Source of the DNA: Tubiluchus corallicola
Taxonomy: Eukaryota > Animalia > Priapulida
Direction: 5' to 3'
Length of the DNA stretch: 64,000 nucleotides
NCBI GenBank assembly: GCA_030141605.1
Contig: JAQGDQ010000036.1
Span: 1 to 64,000, forward strand
Part shown: one piece after another, positions 25,801 through 38,029 of the stretch
How positions within the stretch are numbered: position 1 is the first letter of the stretch
Layout of the letters: each line of letters starts with the position of its first letter
Position numbers and translations under genes: made by a program
Notes under the pieces: model-generated
Seen by the model: the letters and a program-made list of their open reading frames with translations, nothing else
The model's database searches: none
Told to the model about the DNA's origin: nothing

Positions 25801-28800
25801 CGAAAGTCCACTATAATGAACAGAAACGTGTGGATTGACTTCAGGGCCGGATTAACACATAAGCAGATTAAGCACATGCTTAGCACATCAAAGCTGAGAG
25901 GGCAGCAAACTGGCAAAAACAAATTGAAAACATATAAAATATTAATAAAGTATGTTAAAGACCATAAAAGTCTTTTCTAATTCAAAATGTGAGGGAGAGG
26001 GTAAACGAGAATAAGGCACCTTGGCTGGGTTGGTTTTCATAGTAGGGTCTTCAGTCTCTTCACCTGTTATCAACATGTTTATACCTATTACCATGGCAAG
26101 TTTGCAACACTGTAACCACAACATCTGCAGCAGCCAATAACTAAGGTCCTACAGCAGGAAGTTTCATGACCAATGGCTCATGCAGTGGGGTCGTACTAAC
26201 TTCCTGTTTAACACCATTCAGGTCAGCAAAGGTCAAATATGATAAAGATTTACAACTTTACAAGTTCTTGAATTTTTTTATTGAAGATTTCACAGCAGTG
26301 ACAGCACCATACAATCTTTGGTCCATCACAGAGCTGTGCATCGAGTTTTTGATGTCAATAAAGAATTCAAGTGCATAAATCCTACAAAGAGCAATAGGTT
26401 TTGTTTTATATATGTTGCATAATTTGTATCACATAATATGTATGCTTGGAGCCATGAAACGTGCACACGGTAATGCGAGACAAAGGAAAGAACCGGGGCA
26501 CCAGGTGCTGGGTGTGCTTAAGGCACCAACACACTTTAATTTGTCCCACCTTCAAAGACCATCAAACTTATATCATACCATCATACTTCCAGGCAATAAT
26601 TATGTAATTACACCACAATAAAGTGTACATTGTTTTTACTTTCTGAGCTTTATAAGAAGCCTATTTTAAATACATTTTATTCCTAGTCATTCCACTAATT
26701 ACACGTTTAAGTGTGGGGGTGGGAATGCATATTTATTCCATAATACCCACACGAGGAAGTAGATAGCACTGTTGTTAGCGCTGACTAGCTTTTTACTCAT
26801 TGTAGTTAGGATTGGTGGTGATGAAAGAAAATATTGATGTTGCACATATTATAGCATTTCTGTCATTGTAAAATTCTTGTTACTGTCTTATAAGTGGCGA
26901 TGGCAGTTGCTGTAATCACTATAATAGTGGTCGTTATCATGGTGGGAATGGTGGTGGTGATGTTGCTTATTGTCACTGCTAAAGTTACAGCTTGCTGCTG
27001 GTGACAAAAATAATAGTAGCTGCTTTTGTTTATGATTAAAACATTGATTTCTGTTACTCACCCAGTCTTCTTCAAGTTTTAAAGCCTCGTTATAAACTTC
27101 TATAGCTGCTTTGTGTCTGGCCAGCAAATATCTTTAAAAAAACAAAAGATGCAACACAATGTAAACCTAAATAAACTCAATTTCCTTTTCAAGTGGAAAA
27201 CTTCTGAAGTTCAAAATGAAATGATAAATTAAGGTCAGAAAATTTCGTTACGAATTACTATTTTTTGCATTTAGGCCCTTTACAAATCATTCATCATAAT
27301 GCTTTTCAACAATTGAAACAAACTAGTACATTTATTTATTGTTTCTTGCACAATAAGAGCTGCATTTAGTGCCAAACTGCAAAAAATTTTCTGGAGATTT
27401 AGAAAGTTGAATAATGCCATAATTAAGATTATGTTTTACAGTCAGGTCCTTTTGAAATTCGAAGCGAGCTTGACAATGTCTACTGAACTCTGTATTATCA
27501 CGTAATAACAAACTATTCAAAATTTGGACTTGTGAAACTTAATCTCTTTACTTGCTAGGCTGGATTTTTCGAAAATAATTTTCTCACATAAACTGCAGTG
27601 AAAGTTTGAGTACTATTAATCAGCACTGAACTTCTTTGATAGAAAATCGACAATATATATTTAAACTAATATTTTGATTCTGGCCTTGAAGCTTTACAGC
27701 CAGATTTTGCATCTCCAGTATATCTTATTATGCCAAAGAATAAATAACACTTACAATGATCTTGCAACTTGTTTAAGATATTCCACATTTTTTGTGTTTA
27801 TAATGGAACACGTCTGAAATGCTTCAAGCGATTCTTGAATGTTTCCTTCGCTCCTTTTAATTAACCCTGCAATAAGTTCAGATGCTAAAATTTTGTACTG
27901 AAAGTGCAAAGTATGTTTTTTCATGACTTGAATAATTTGCACATGCATTTTTATACAATTTATTAATTGCTACAGTATCGTGCAACTATACATAAAACAT
28001 TACTCCCTTCAGGCTGCACTTTTTTGGATTAGCAACTAAACGCAAGTTTAGTACAAAACAAATGTCAAAGGAATTCCAGAAATTAAAAAGCAAAACTTAA
28101 AACAAAACAACACATGGCAATTTTTCAGATCATATCTCTTTTTGTTTGCTGTCTGAAATACACGCTTTATTTTCAAAATGCTTCTGATAATTAAATTTAG
28201 CTTAGACTTTTAATGACGATTGGAGAACACAACTAGCAGTATCGTTGCTCCTGGACAAAATTTTCGTAAGGCAGAAACCTTCTGCAAACATTCTGTACAG
28301 TTATGAAAGCAAAAATTATTAATGAAATGTACAGTACTATGCTAAAGATGTGTTAATAGTGTGTCAGTGCACTAGCTGTTCTGTAACAAAAGCTAGGCAA
28401 ATTTTAAGTTCATTATTTCAAATGAGATATGACGAGAATATGCTGATGTTGTGATTGTGTTCTACTGGTCTGGTACGGTGCCTCTTTGTGCAATCCAGTT
28501 TCAAAAAGCAGATAGCCAGACACTGTTGCCTTTCTGGTATGCATGATCGGGATATACAACAATGAATAATTGACAAATCAAGCTCTGAAGTGAAGTAATA
28601 ATTCTTAAAAGTAAATCAGTCTTAAAAACATCTTCCCTCTCAAAATTTTGAACTACGGCCTGAAATTGGGTACGTTTTTCCTTAAAATAGAAGCTTGTCC
28701 ACATTTTAGAAACCTTATAGGTATTTTATAGCTCATAAATGTATTTTGTTAAGTTTCTAAGAGTTTCACTAGGAAGTGCATCCTACTGCTGTTAACTTTT

Positions 28801-30958
28801 TCAATAATAATAATAATAATATTAATGATAACTGTATTAAGTAGTAGTAACGATAAATATTGCAATTAAATTGAATTAATAATAAGTGATGCAAAAAAAT
28901 AAGTGATAAAAAATAAGCACTGCACTACCTTGAACATACAAGGCATATTCGCACATTCCATTTGTTTCTGCTAATTGTTCCTTAATTAGAGACTTGGCAG
29001 CATCGTATTCTTTACGGACATAGTGTAAATGTATCAGCCAATTCCTCCTTTCTATGACTGGTAATTCAGGAACTAGAAAAACATTGAGCAACTTGTAAGT
29101 AAACGTTAATACATTTTTTAAACAATAAGTTTACATTAAAAGTACACAGAAAGACAGATTTTTTCTTATTCTACATTCCTACTTGTATGCAATACTGTGT
29201 ACACTGCCTGAAGATCTGTTTGCCCACTCAAAAAAGCCACTTAAGCAGATTTAAAGATTTTTAATACATAATTTGACATGTCAGAGATGAGCGTGTGCTC
29301 CACTTGTATATATTATGCAGCTTTGCAGGCTACCTGATTAGCATTTGCTTTTTCCAGTAAGCCGACTTGACCTTCTACCCACCATTTAAAGGTCACTAAC
29401 TGCTTCCTAAAATGTGGCCCTATCTGATTAATAGTTTCTGACTTGTGTAAGCTCCTTTCAGATATATTCACATAGCACTTCCACCTTTTCCTTTGAGCAA
29501 GTTCTGCTGTTTGTGTTTACTAACATTTACTGCTTGGAAACCAGTTAGAAAATTACTAGGAAAGTCCTGCTTCTATTAATTCAACAATAATTTTTGTTGC
29601 GAGAAATGCCATTGGTGTAATTGCATAAGGACATATCATTTATTGACAAGAAGAACATTACAAGCTAGTGCCCTTCAAGGCTTCTATCAGTTTGATCTCG
29701 ATTTAGGTTGGATTAACATTACAACACCATGTCTGAATTCAATTTGTTGGTTGTGAGTTTGGGTGTGAGTTGAGCACTATTCATATTATTGATTTCTAAG
29801 TATGCAAGTGATTAGGGACTTTAAAGTCACAGCTCACTGTGACAGTAAATGGCCACTACTCTCAGGTGCCCACAGTAAGTCTTGCTTAATGTCTTACTGT
29901 TAGCGATGATGAAACTTTGCCAAGTTTAATGTCAAAATTAGTTTCTGACTGTTTAGTATGCCTCATTTAGCATACAGTATCACATCATAGTAAATATTAT
30001 GTCATGTGAGACCCTTTCAAACAATCTTTGCTTTTTTGCTGAATAATTACGCTATACCATTGTTTTAAATATCAAGTATCTATTAGCTTAATTTAAAGCG
30101 CTCAACTTGCCTGCCACTAAGCCAGTTCAAAAATTTGAATCAAAGACTGTAAGTGAATCTGCTACAGTCAATTTAATATTCTCTGTGACGAAAGTAAGTT
30201 CAAACCTTTAACATTTTTTACAACAGGTGGTGGTGGAGCTGATGCAACTGAACCTTTCTCATTCAAATTATCAGTTTCGTAATTAAGTTCCTGCAAAAGA
30301 ACAGGCATCATTTGCAAATGATTGAACATAGGTTTACCTTATCAATATATACTATTATAATATACAAAACAGTAATTAACAACAACTATTGATTTTCCTA
30401 TATAAATAAGACAGGAGGTGGAGCAAAAACAATAGTGAACTAGTAGAGGATAATTTGTTTTCTGCCCGGTAAGTGACTTGGAACATAATCCAAAACAAAA
30501 CTAAATATGACAGTTTCAATAGGCAAGGTTGTATTAACTCAAGCCATGCCAATGTAGCACCTACTTAATTGCATTCTAAAAATTCTAACTCAATCTCTGT
30601 AAACAAGGTGTAGGTTAGGTTAACATCTAGCTGTTTTGTAACCAGCAAATAAGAATATTCAAAGCATATTGCATGGAATTTGCAGTGTAACCCATTTGCA
30701 AAATTTAACTATTAAGAACTAATTTAAACTAGATTTCTTTGATTAAACATTGCTGCTAACACACACATGGCAGTAATGTAGAACTTTGACAATATTGTAC
30801 CTTATTTTTGCTAGCTGATAGTGGACAGTTTTATGAAAAAAGGCAATTTTAAAACTTGGTGTTTAAAATTCCTAGAACCAATTACATGCTTAGGAGCACA
30901 AAGATAATTAGACAATATGTACCTGTAGTATTTTATCTTCCACATTTGTTTCAGTCAT
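13543..30958 (-). CDS. BBS4: Bardet-Biedl syndrome 4 protein (BBSome TPR subunit), about 548 aa, 13 coding exons
   Basis: Exons 30958-30923, 30290-30206, 29072-28929, 27866-27755, 27131-27062, 25341-25288, 24474-24347, 19224-19085, 18059-17923, 17684-17513, 16423-16354, 15865-15721 and 13896-13543. All introns are GT-AG, phases are consistent, and the total is 1647 nt. Motifs: [112 protein letters not shown]. The first two exons are less certain. Confidence 0.95.
14165..15550 (+). mobile_element. Internally deleted DNA transposon with ~220 bp imperfect terminal inverted repeats and a P-element/THAP9-like transposase C-terminal remnant
   Basis: Inverted arms at ~14165-14392 and ~15327-15550 share the core TGCTTGCGTCACAACCCAGCTGTCCGCCATTTTT. 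The internal frameshifted peptide reads [39 protein letters not shown]. Confidence 0.6.
19633..20435. mobile_element. Non-autonomous TIR element with TGT..ACA ends (Ginger-like), copy 1
   Basis: Subterminal inverted motif CACTAGCCGAAGTAGG and internal CCCAAGTAGGA..GTCGTACA repeats. Highly similar to 46264-47011 and 36924-37625. Flanks are ATCA/ATTA. Confidence 0.8.
24025..24097. repeat. (TA)n/(TATG)n microsatellite
   Basis: Direct reading. Confidence 0.9.
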
Positions 30959-32269
30959 GTTGTCCTCAGTCTTCAAGACAATGATGATTTAGCCCATACT
31001 GTTACATTATAACCTTTCAAGTTAGTGTAAATAAAACAATACAGTTTTCAAAAATACAATGTCGAACAGCCAGTGGAGTCCAAGTTAAGAAATAAAATCG
31101 GGGAACAGCAGTTGTGGGATACCAGCTATGGTACAAATCACATAACAGTATTACAGTACATAGAAAAATGTTGACTTTAATGACATAATCAAGATTAAAA
31201 CTGACTCTCAACAAAGTTACAGTGTGCAAAGGCAGCTAAAGTTATCAAATTTTAAAGGAAAACTTTTGGAGTATAAAAGTACATTAAATACAAACGATAG
31301 TTCATTAACGCAACTGTACATTTGCAGCCTCACTGCAAAATAATTCTGTTGGCCCGTAGCATTCAGTGGTAAAAATTTTTGGCTATGGCGTCAGGTAAAC
31401 TTTTGATGCCATTGGCAGCTCTTCCTAAAGGCATCTCTTAACCAAGGGTCTCCTCTAACACATAGGTCAGCTGCAATTGCAGTACCTGAGGGTAGTTAAG
31501 CCACTGCAATGGTTTAAAAAAGTGGCTGGTAGTGTGGTATAACACAAGCAGAGTAAATTCATGAATAAAATATGGTTCATAACTTGAACTCCCTCCATAT
31601 AACACCAATTCTTTACAACTTACATTAGTTGCTTCTTTTAAGTAATTCAAAATTCAAGTAATTACTTTTCTGTATGGAACTTTTTTTGTACTGGGTGCAA
31701 AATATTGTATGGAAAATGTGCTACCTATTTACACAATCTCTCTGATTTTCATGCAGAAATACTTATGACAGAGTTGCAAGTTGTAACCATAAGGTAGTAG
31801 TGTATCGAGAGCCAGATACAAACAAGAAACTTATGGGTGTTGGGCTTCTGCTGTTATTGCACTTAGCGTTGTGCATTATCCAAACAAAAATCATTACTGA
31901 GCAGAATCCGTATTTTTTTCAATTTTCCAAAATGAAACAAGCCAAAACCACAGTAGGCCTAATTCTACAAGCACAATCAAGCAACTTTGTTCAAGTTTCG
32001 AGTCGGCTCCAATAGGGCTAAGCAAGCAAAAGGGTTAATTTACAATTTTAGCTTAGAGTATAATGCAAAGAGAATCTTAGCAACAGCAAATTATTAAAGA
32101 AAACTTGACTTTGTCAATACAACAGGTTATTTGAAAGGCCTCTTGTTAAAATAATTTCGTGTAACCATACACAAATGTGTTACTAAAACTAGTAAAAGAT
32201 GGAGATCATCATCCAATGAATCATACGTCCAGTGACATGATTCTGCTCACTTCCCTATGCCAGGACTCC

Positions 32270-32450
32270 CTGCTTGCCACAATGCCCCAAGTACATTTAT
32301 TTCTAAAGATCAATGCTGAAGTGTTTAATCTTTCTGTGCAAAAGCTAAATATGTTAACATTTGTCCTCCTGCAGGTTTTTTAGTTGGTTCCATGGCTTGT
32401 TGAAGAGCTATCTTCACTGGAATATCATCAGGCAGTCTAAGCATATTATA
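32270..32450 (-). mobile_element. RTE-like LINE 3' fragment
   Basis: Peptide MLRLPDDIPVKIALQQAMEPTKKPAGGQ. DNA is similar to 57720-57900 and 45830-45900. Confidence 0.65.
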
Positions 32451-32760
32451 TAAGTAAAATAAATTATAATGACAAAGACCTCTGCTTAGAAACGATGATA
32501 GACGTGTACGGTGTAGAGACAAATAAACCAAGATTCGATATTTCACGAAATTTATGTAAAGAACTTCTATGTAGTTGAAAAGCACAGAAGTTTTTGAACA
32601 AGGACGTGTTTGTCAGGCCACAATCTTCGTGTGTGTAGTAGGTAATCTAAGCATATTATATAAGTAAAAGATTCAGAGTTATCAATTGATTGAAATATAC
32701 AAGACGGGATATCCTGACTAAACTAATTACATCACCACCGTACATGCAAAGAATATCAAC

Positions 32761-33420
32761 CACAGAAAGTAGGGGAACGCATACTGCGCAGTAGTTCGCG
32801 CAGTTAGTGTCGCCCTAGCGGCAGACCATTACGGACTGTTGTTGTCAGGTACGCTACAGCGCAGCTGTTCGCTGTAGGCACACCGGTGTGTAGTGTAGCA
32901 GATGAATTGATGAGACCACCAAAGGCAGGTTAGTCGACAGGCGCTCACAAATTGCTCAGCAGTGAGTTGCAAAAACATAAATAAAATCTTGTTAAATTTC
33001 TCGAGGATGCAGCCAGGTAATTATAACAAAATGCTAATTATAACACTGTTTTGTAACTTTTGTTACAAGTTAAATATATGTACACTAGGCAAAGAATGCA
33101 AGGCCTACACCTGTCTTTGGCGATTTATAGCAGCTGTTATATTTTTGAATATTATTTAAAGCAAGCATATGGCCCTAAGAATAATTAGTAGTTAAAAAAA
33201 ACTATTATATTCGTATCTCATGAAAATTAATATGCTTATTTGCAAAAGAAGTTAAAAAAAGTTGAACATAAAGAAAATTTGCAAATACCTGGCTCAATTT
33301 TTCTAAAAAAACATTCCTATGTAATATGTTTTTATCAGGAAATATAACTTGAAGAAACATTAGGACTGACTTTCGTATGTAATACCTTCCATAGAAACAA
33401 ATCGATTTTTTCAGTAGAGC
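32761..33420 (+). mobile_element. Transposon end with a degenerate THAP-like first exon, copy 1
   Basis: Inverted homolog of 36290-36908. Reads NCSAVSCKN..LLNFSRMQP with a cag|gtaatt donor. Confidence 0.65.
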
Positions 33421-34381
33421 AAATTTTTCCAGAACAAAACTTAATCTAAGCGTCTACATGTTTTGTTAATTCCAAGTTAAAAGATGTTTAAAAAGCATAT
33501 AATCACACATTGGCCCTTGTTATGAGTTGGAGTTGGTTATAAAATCACGTTGAACAAACGGAGATGCATTTTGAACATTACTCCTTTTTTTATTATAAGT
33601 GAACAAAAAATAGCAAAACGAAACATCAGAGCTGTCATCCTAAGCAGTCGGCATTACTTCCACCTCTATAACAACCAACTAACTAGGTCAAAATCAAGTT
33701 ACGGAGTTCAGGTGAGAAGCCAACCTGGCGTATAAATTAGAATCGGCAGGCGTGTCATAACACTTTATATATCATGTGTAGACGTCACTTGTATTTAGCC
33801 TATTTTTTAAGATTCAGTTAGGCTTACGTCAAAATAAGTGTTCATTAAATGCAGTTTGTTTACGTGTAAAAAATGCACTTGTATAAGCGTACTAATAAAA
33901 CACCTGCGGCTAAATCCACTGACAAGTCTTGATAAACATTATTTATTGATGGGCTTAAATTAATTGATTTTATACAGGCCTAGTTGATAAAGGCAATCAT
34001 TTTACATAGTTAAATACATATATAGGCTCAGCTTCATAGAATCCTTGTATGTAATAATGCATACATCATACATGCATGTGAGTGTGTGTGCAGGGGTGTA
34101 TCAAGACGTTACAACGCCCTAGGCTAGCAGTTCAGTCCTACTCATCTCCTACTGTAATGATTATTTATATATGAAGCACCGTATGCAATTACTTGTTGTT
34201 TGCGTGCGTGCATGTGCTAATTATTTATATACAAACCTACAATATAATATGTGTGTAATTATATAGAATAATTGCAGGGCACGTAAATGCGTGCAATTTT
34301 TAATGTGCCAATCCGCCACCTTGCATTGGAGTGAAACGACCAAGAAACAAATGGCAGAACCTTCAACAAAAGGAAAAGAAG

Positions 34382-35388
34382 GATCTCTCTCTTTCTCTCT
34401 CTCCCCCTCTTTCTCTCACTCCCTCCCTCTCTTTCCCTCAAAAAGAGGGAAGGAGAGAAAATCAAATAAATCAATAAAAAATGCATTACTTTTTTACAAC
34501 GTAGGCAGCCCATCACGCAGTCAACTAGCCTCTTTCCTCAGGAAGAACAATAAAGTTTTACTTACAAGAAAACTGGAGAAGTATTTGCAAGTACATAATA
34601 CAAACTTATTGCTACAACTGTTTTTCGTTTTCATGATGTGTTTTTAGTTTTATAAAACTAATAATTGCTTTTATTTGAAATATTCTTCTTTTATTAAAAG
34701 CGCAAAAGTGACTTATCAAAATAGCATGTTAATGCGCCGCTCAAAATTTTTTAATGATTCGCCGTTTGATGCCGCCAGCATAGCCGCTAATCGCAAAAAC
34801 GAAATACGTAACAATAGTCTTCGTCATTCCTCTTATACACTTTGGTACATGAATGTAACCTATATCAATGTGTAAAAAAATAAGAAGTAACCAAATTCTA
34901 TTGCTACGATTTCGTTTTTACGATTAGCGGCTATGCTGGCGGCATCAAACGGCGGATGATTAAAAAATTTTGAGCAGCGCATTGACTGTAATTATATTCT
35001 TAAGTTCACCAATAATGTTGGCATACGCGCAATTTCGATAAGCCAAAATCACTTTTGTGATTTTAATAAAAGAAGAATATCTCAATTAAAAGCAATTGAT
35101 AGTTTGAAAAAACTGAAAACATTTCATGAAAAGGAAAAAAAATGTAGCAATAAGTTTGTATTATGTATTTGCAAATACTTCTCTAGTTTTCTTGTAAGTA
35201 AAATTTTATTGTTCTTCCTGACGAAAGAGGCTAGCTGACTGCGTGATGGGCTGCCTACTATGTAAAAAATAATGCCTTTTTTAATGATTTATTGATTTTT
35301 CTCTCCCTGCCTCTCATGGAGAGAAAGATATGGAGGGAGAGAGAAAGAGAGACAGTGAAAGGGAGGGAAAGAGAGAGAAAGAGCGATC
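34382..35388. mobile_element. ~1 kb foldback (palindromic) element
   Basis: Arms at ~34382-34817 and ~34898-35388 are reverse complements (e.g. GTTTGATGCCGCCAGCATAGCCGCTAATCG / CGATTAGCGGCTATGCTGGCGGCATCAAAC). The loop is about 80 bp and the termini are CT/GA-rich. Confidence 0.9.
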
Positions 35389-36289
35389 ACGTTAACAAAT
35401 GATTAGTATAAGCTCCTTACCCATTTTGTGCCTATGCGAAATAAGGAAAAGCAAATCCTGTTTATCTTGTTCAGCGATTACTGCAAGTCCAAAGCGCAGA
35501 CCACTTCAAAAAATGAGCCATGCTTCATCTTTGTTTAGGTAACTTAAAGCATATCACAAGCTAGACTTATGCAAAAAATCCGAGAATCCTCAAACGAACT
35601 CTCGGGTCTCTCCACAACAATAATTTTATTTGTCGTGTATCCACATTATTATAACATGTATATAATTATGTTATGTAAGTCCAATTATTCAGTATAAATT
35701 ATTACAATAAATTTTTCTTTAACTTTGTCACTGTTTTTGAGTTAGCTGACATGATGATCTGATAGGTGTTTCGCTACCCTTTCTCTTGCGCCCACTTATA
35801 TAATCACTTCTTCACATATATTTCCTTCCTTTTGCTTTTGTGTAAATTTTACGTGTTTAGTAGTTGTAATTTTATGTAAATCTGCTTTAAGAGAGATTAA
35901 TAAACATGTCTATATCTGCCTAGACGTTATTAGTATTTCAGTTTTTTTATTTTGTCAACATAGTCTTATACTAACTTGTATTTTTACCAATTGCTTTTGC
36001 CATAACATTATTTTGTGTATATGCTTTTGGATGTAGAATTGCCAATGTACACTGCAGTTAAAGTATTTGTGCAATAAAAATGAAATGAAATGAATTATTA
36101 CTATGCCATGAACGATATAGTACTAAGCCTGGCTGTAGGAACCAGAGACGTGGAAAAGATATCTTCCCATATCTCTGGTGAGTGGCAGGAACTGTGGCCT
36201 CTGCTGTGATACCTGCTCCTGAAATATAAGTGTTACATGCTCCTGAAAAAAATTGTTTTTTTATGAAAGGTATATTACACATGACAGTC

Positions 36290-36908
36290 GGGCCTGATAT
36301 TTTTCAAGATATATTTTCTAGGAAAAACTTGAAATGGGAATGTTTTCTGGAAAAAGCATTTCTCCTTAAACAGAATATTACGTGAGCCGGGTTATCTGCA
36401 AACTTTCTCTATGATGAACTTTCTTAACTTATTTTGTAAATAAGCCTATTACTTTTTACGAGATATGAATACAATAATTTAATTTTAACTAATAGTTGTT
36501 CTTAGTGCCTTATTCTTGCTTTAAAAATATCACAGCTGCTATAAATCGCCAAAGACAGAAGTAGGTCTTGCTGTGTTTGCTTAGTGTACAAAAATTTAAT
36601 ATTTTAATTTGTAACAAAAGTTACAAAACTGTGTTATAGTTAAAATTTTGAAATAATTACCTGGCATGCTCCTCGGGAAATTTAAAAAAGATATTCTAGC
36701 GTTTTCATTTGTGTTTTTGCAATACACTGCTGCGCAGTAATGAGCGCATGCCGACCGGCCTAGGTTTGGTGCAAGCATTTCATGCATTCGTCTGCTAGAT
36801 ACCGGTGCGCGAACAGCTAGGCGATAGCGTACCTGACGACAACAATCGTCAACCTTATTTCTGTCCCGTTAGGGCGACATTAACTGCGCAGGACCCCATA
36901 CTTTCGGC
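36290..36908 (-). mobile_element. Transposon end with a THAP-like first exon, copy 2
   Basis: ORF 36596-36787 YCAAVYCKNTNENARISFLNFPR matches the THAP zinc finger start pattern CxxxxCxN..SFxxFP and is followed by a gtaatt donor. Homologous to 32761-33420. Confidence 0.65.
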
Positions 36909-36923
36909 GGTGCGTTGCGGCTT

Positions 36924-37625
36924 TGTCGGGAGCAAAGTAGGACACTAGCCAAAGTAGGACAATTGCCGTACAGGGGCTAGCCCAAGTAGTTCGTGTCAAC
37001 ACGAGCTGCCCAGGTAGGACAAACAGCAGGTCACGACAAATTGAGTAGTTGACCCTAGTGGCAGCCCTTGTCCTTGTTTATTTAGTAATAATAATTGAAA
37101 TTATAATCATAAATTATGATTTATCTGATAAAATAAAAGAATTTTATACTGAGCTAGTCCAGCGAGCAATATTAAATTTGGCTTGGAGATTAATCTTTTT
37201 AAGTGAAATAAGCTCCCTTCGTTTTTGATGATTCCAACCTTTAGTTAAGATATGTCATTTTTTTATTTTGTCTCGCTTCACAGACAGGCGATCTGTTTCA
37301 CTACGTGAATAAAGCGAGCAAGATACGTGCTTTTCATCTTGCATACTGGCACTTTTCATTGATGTCAGTTTGTTCGCCGATTTGGTGAAGATCGTGTGTA
37401 TCCACGGGTATGACGGCAACGATCAGCCAACAAGCACAATTTTTAATAAAATGAAGAAACTTTCACAGAATTTTTAAAAATTTGGCTAAATTCTCGATGT
37501 AAAGTTAAAAAGAGTGAAAGAAATCGCCAGTGTGCTACTTGGGTTACCCATGTACGACACCGGTTTCCCGCAAGTAAGCGCATGTTTTAACATGCGTGTC
37601 CTACTTCGGCTAGTGGCCCCCTACA
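36924..37625. mobile_element. Ginger-like non-autonomous element, copy 2 (different interior)
   Basis: Same TGT..ACA ends and CACTAGCC(G/A)AAGTAGGAC subterminal motif. The first ~390 bp align to the other two copies. Confidence 0.75.
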
Positions 37626-38029
37626 ATACATAGGATTGGGTTGTAGTAAAGTTGCTTGCTGCGTGGAACAATCATTTTCATTTCTGATTTTTGATAATTA
37701 CCGTACTTTTCCAGATTTTGTTTTTGTGTGTATTGTGTAAGACTGTTGTGTTACTAGTGAACAGTTACTAAAAGCCAAAGATTGCAAGAAAAGTATGAAG
37801 CCAGTACAATAAACAGTAATACAGTAGGCGCCGTTTATTCGACTCACGGTTGATAATCAGTCGCCTAATTAAGTCAAAAACGTCTGGTACGGACCGGTTC
37901 TATTCAAATGTATATAAAAACTGCCGATAATAGACTGAGATAACACTGCTTAATTGACTAAATATGTCTGCTTCACGTGCTCCAAAAAGACGGTTGTGTG
38001 ACCATTAAGCTTATGACATTTGTGTCATC

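Noticed and set aside
25940-26390. GC-richer, exon-like block in a BBS4 intron
   Set aside because: All frames contain stops, and the BBS4 exon chain is complete without it. Probably an old transposon fragment that I cannot classify.
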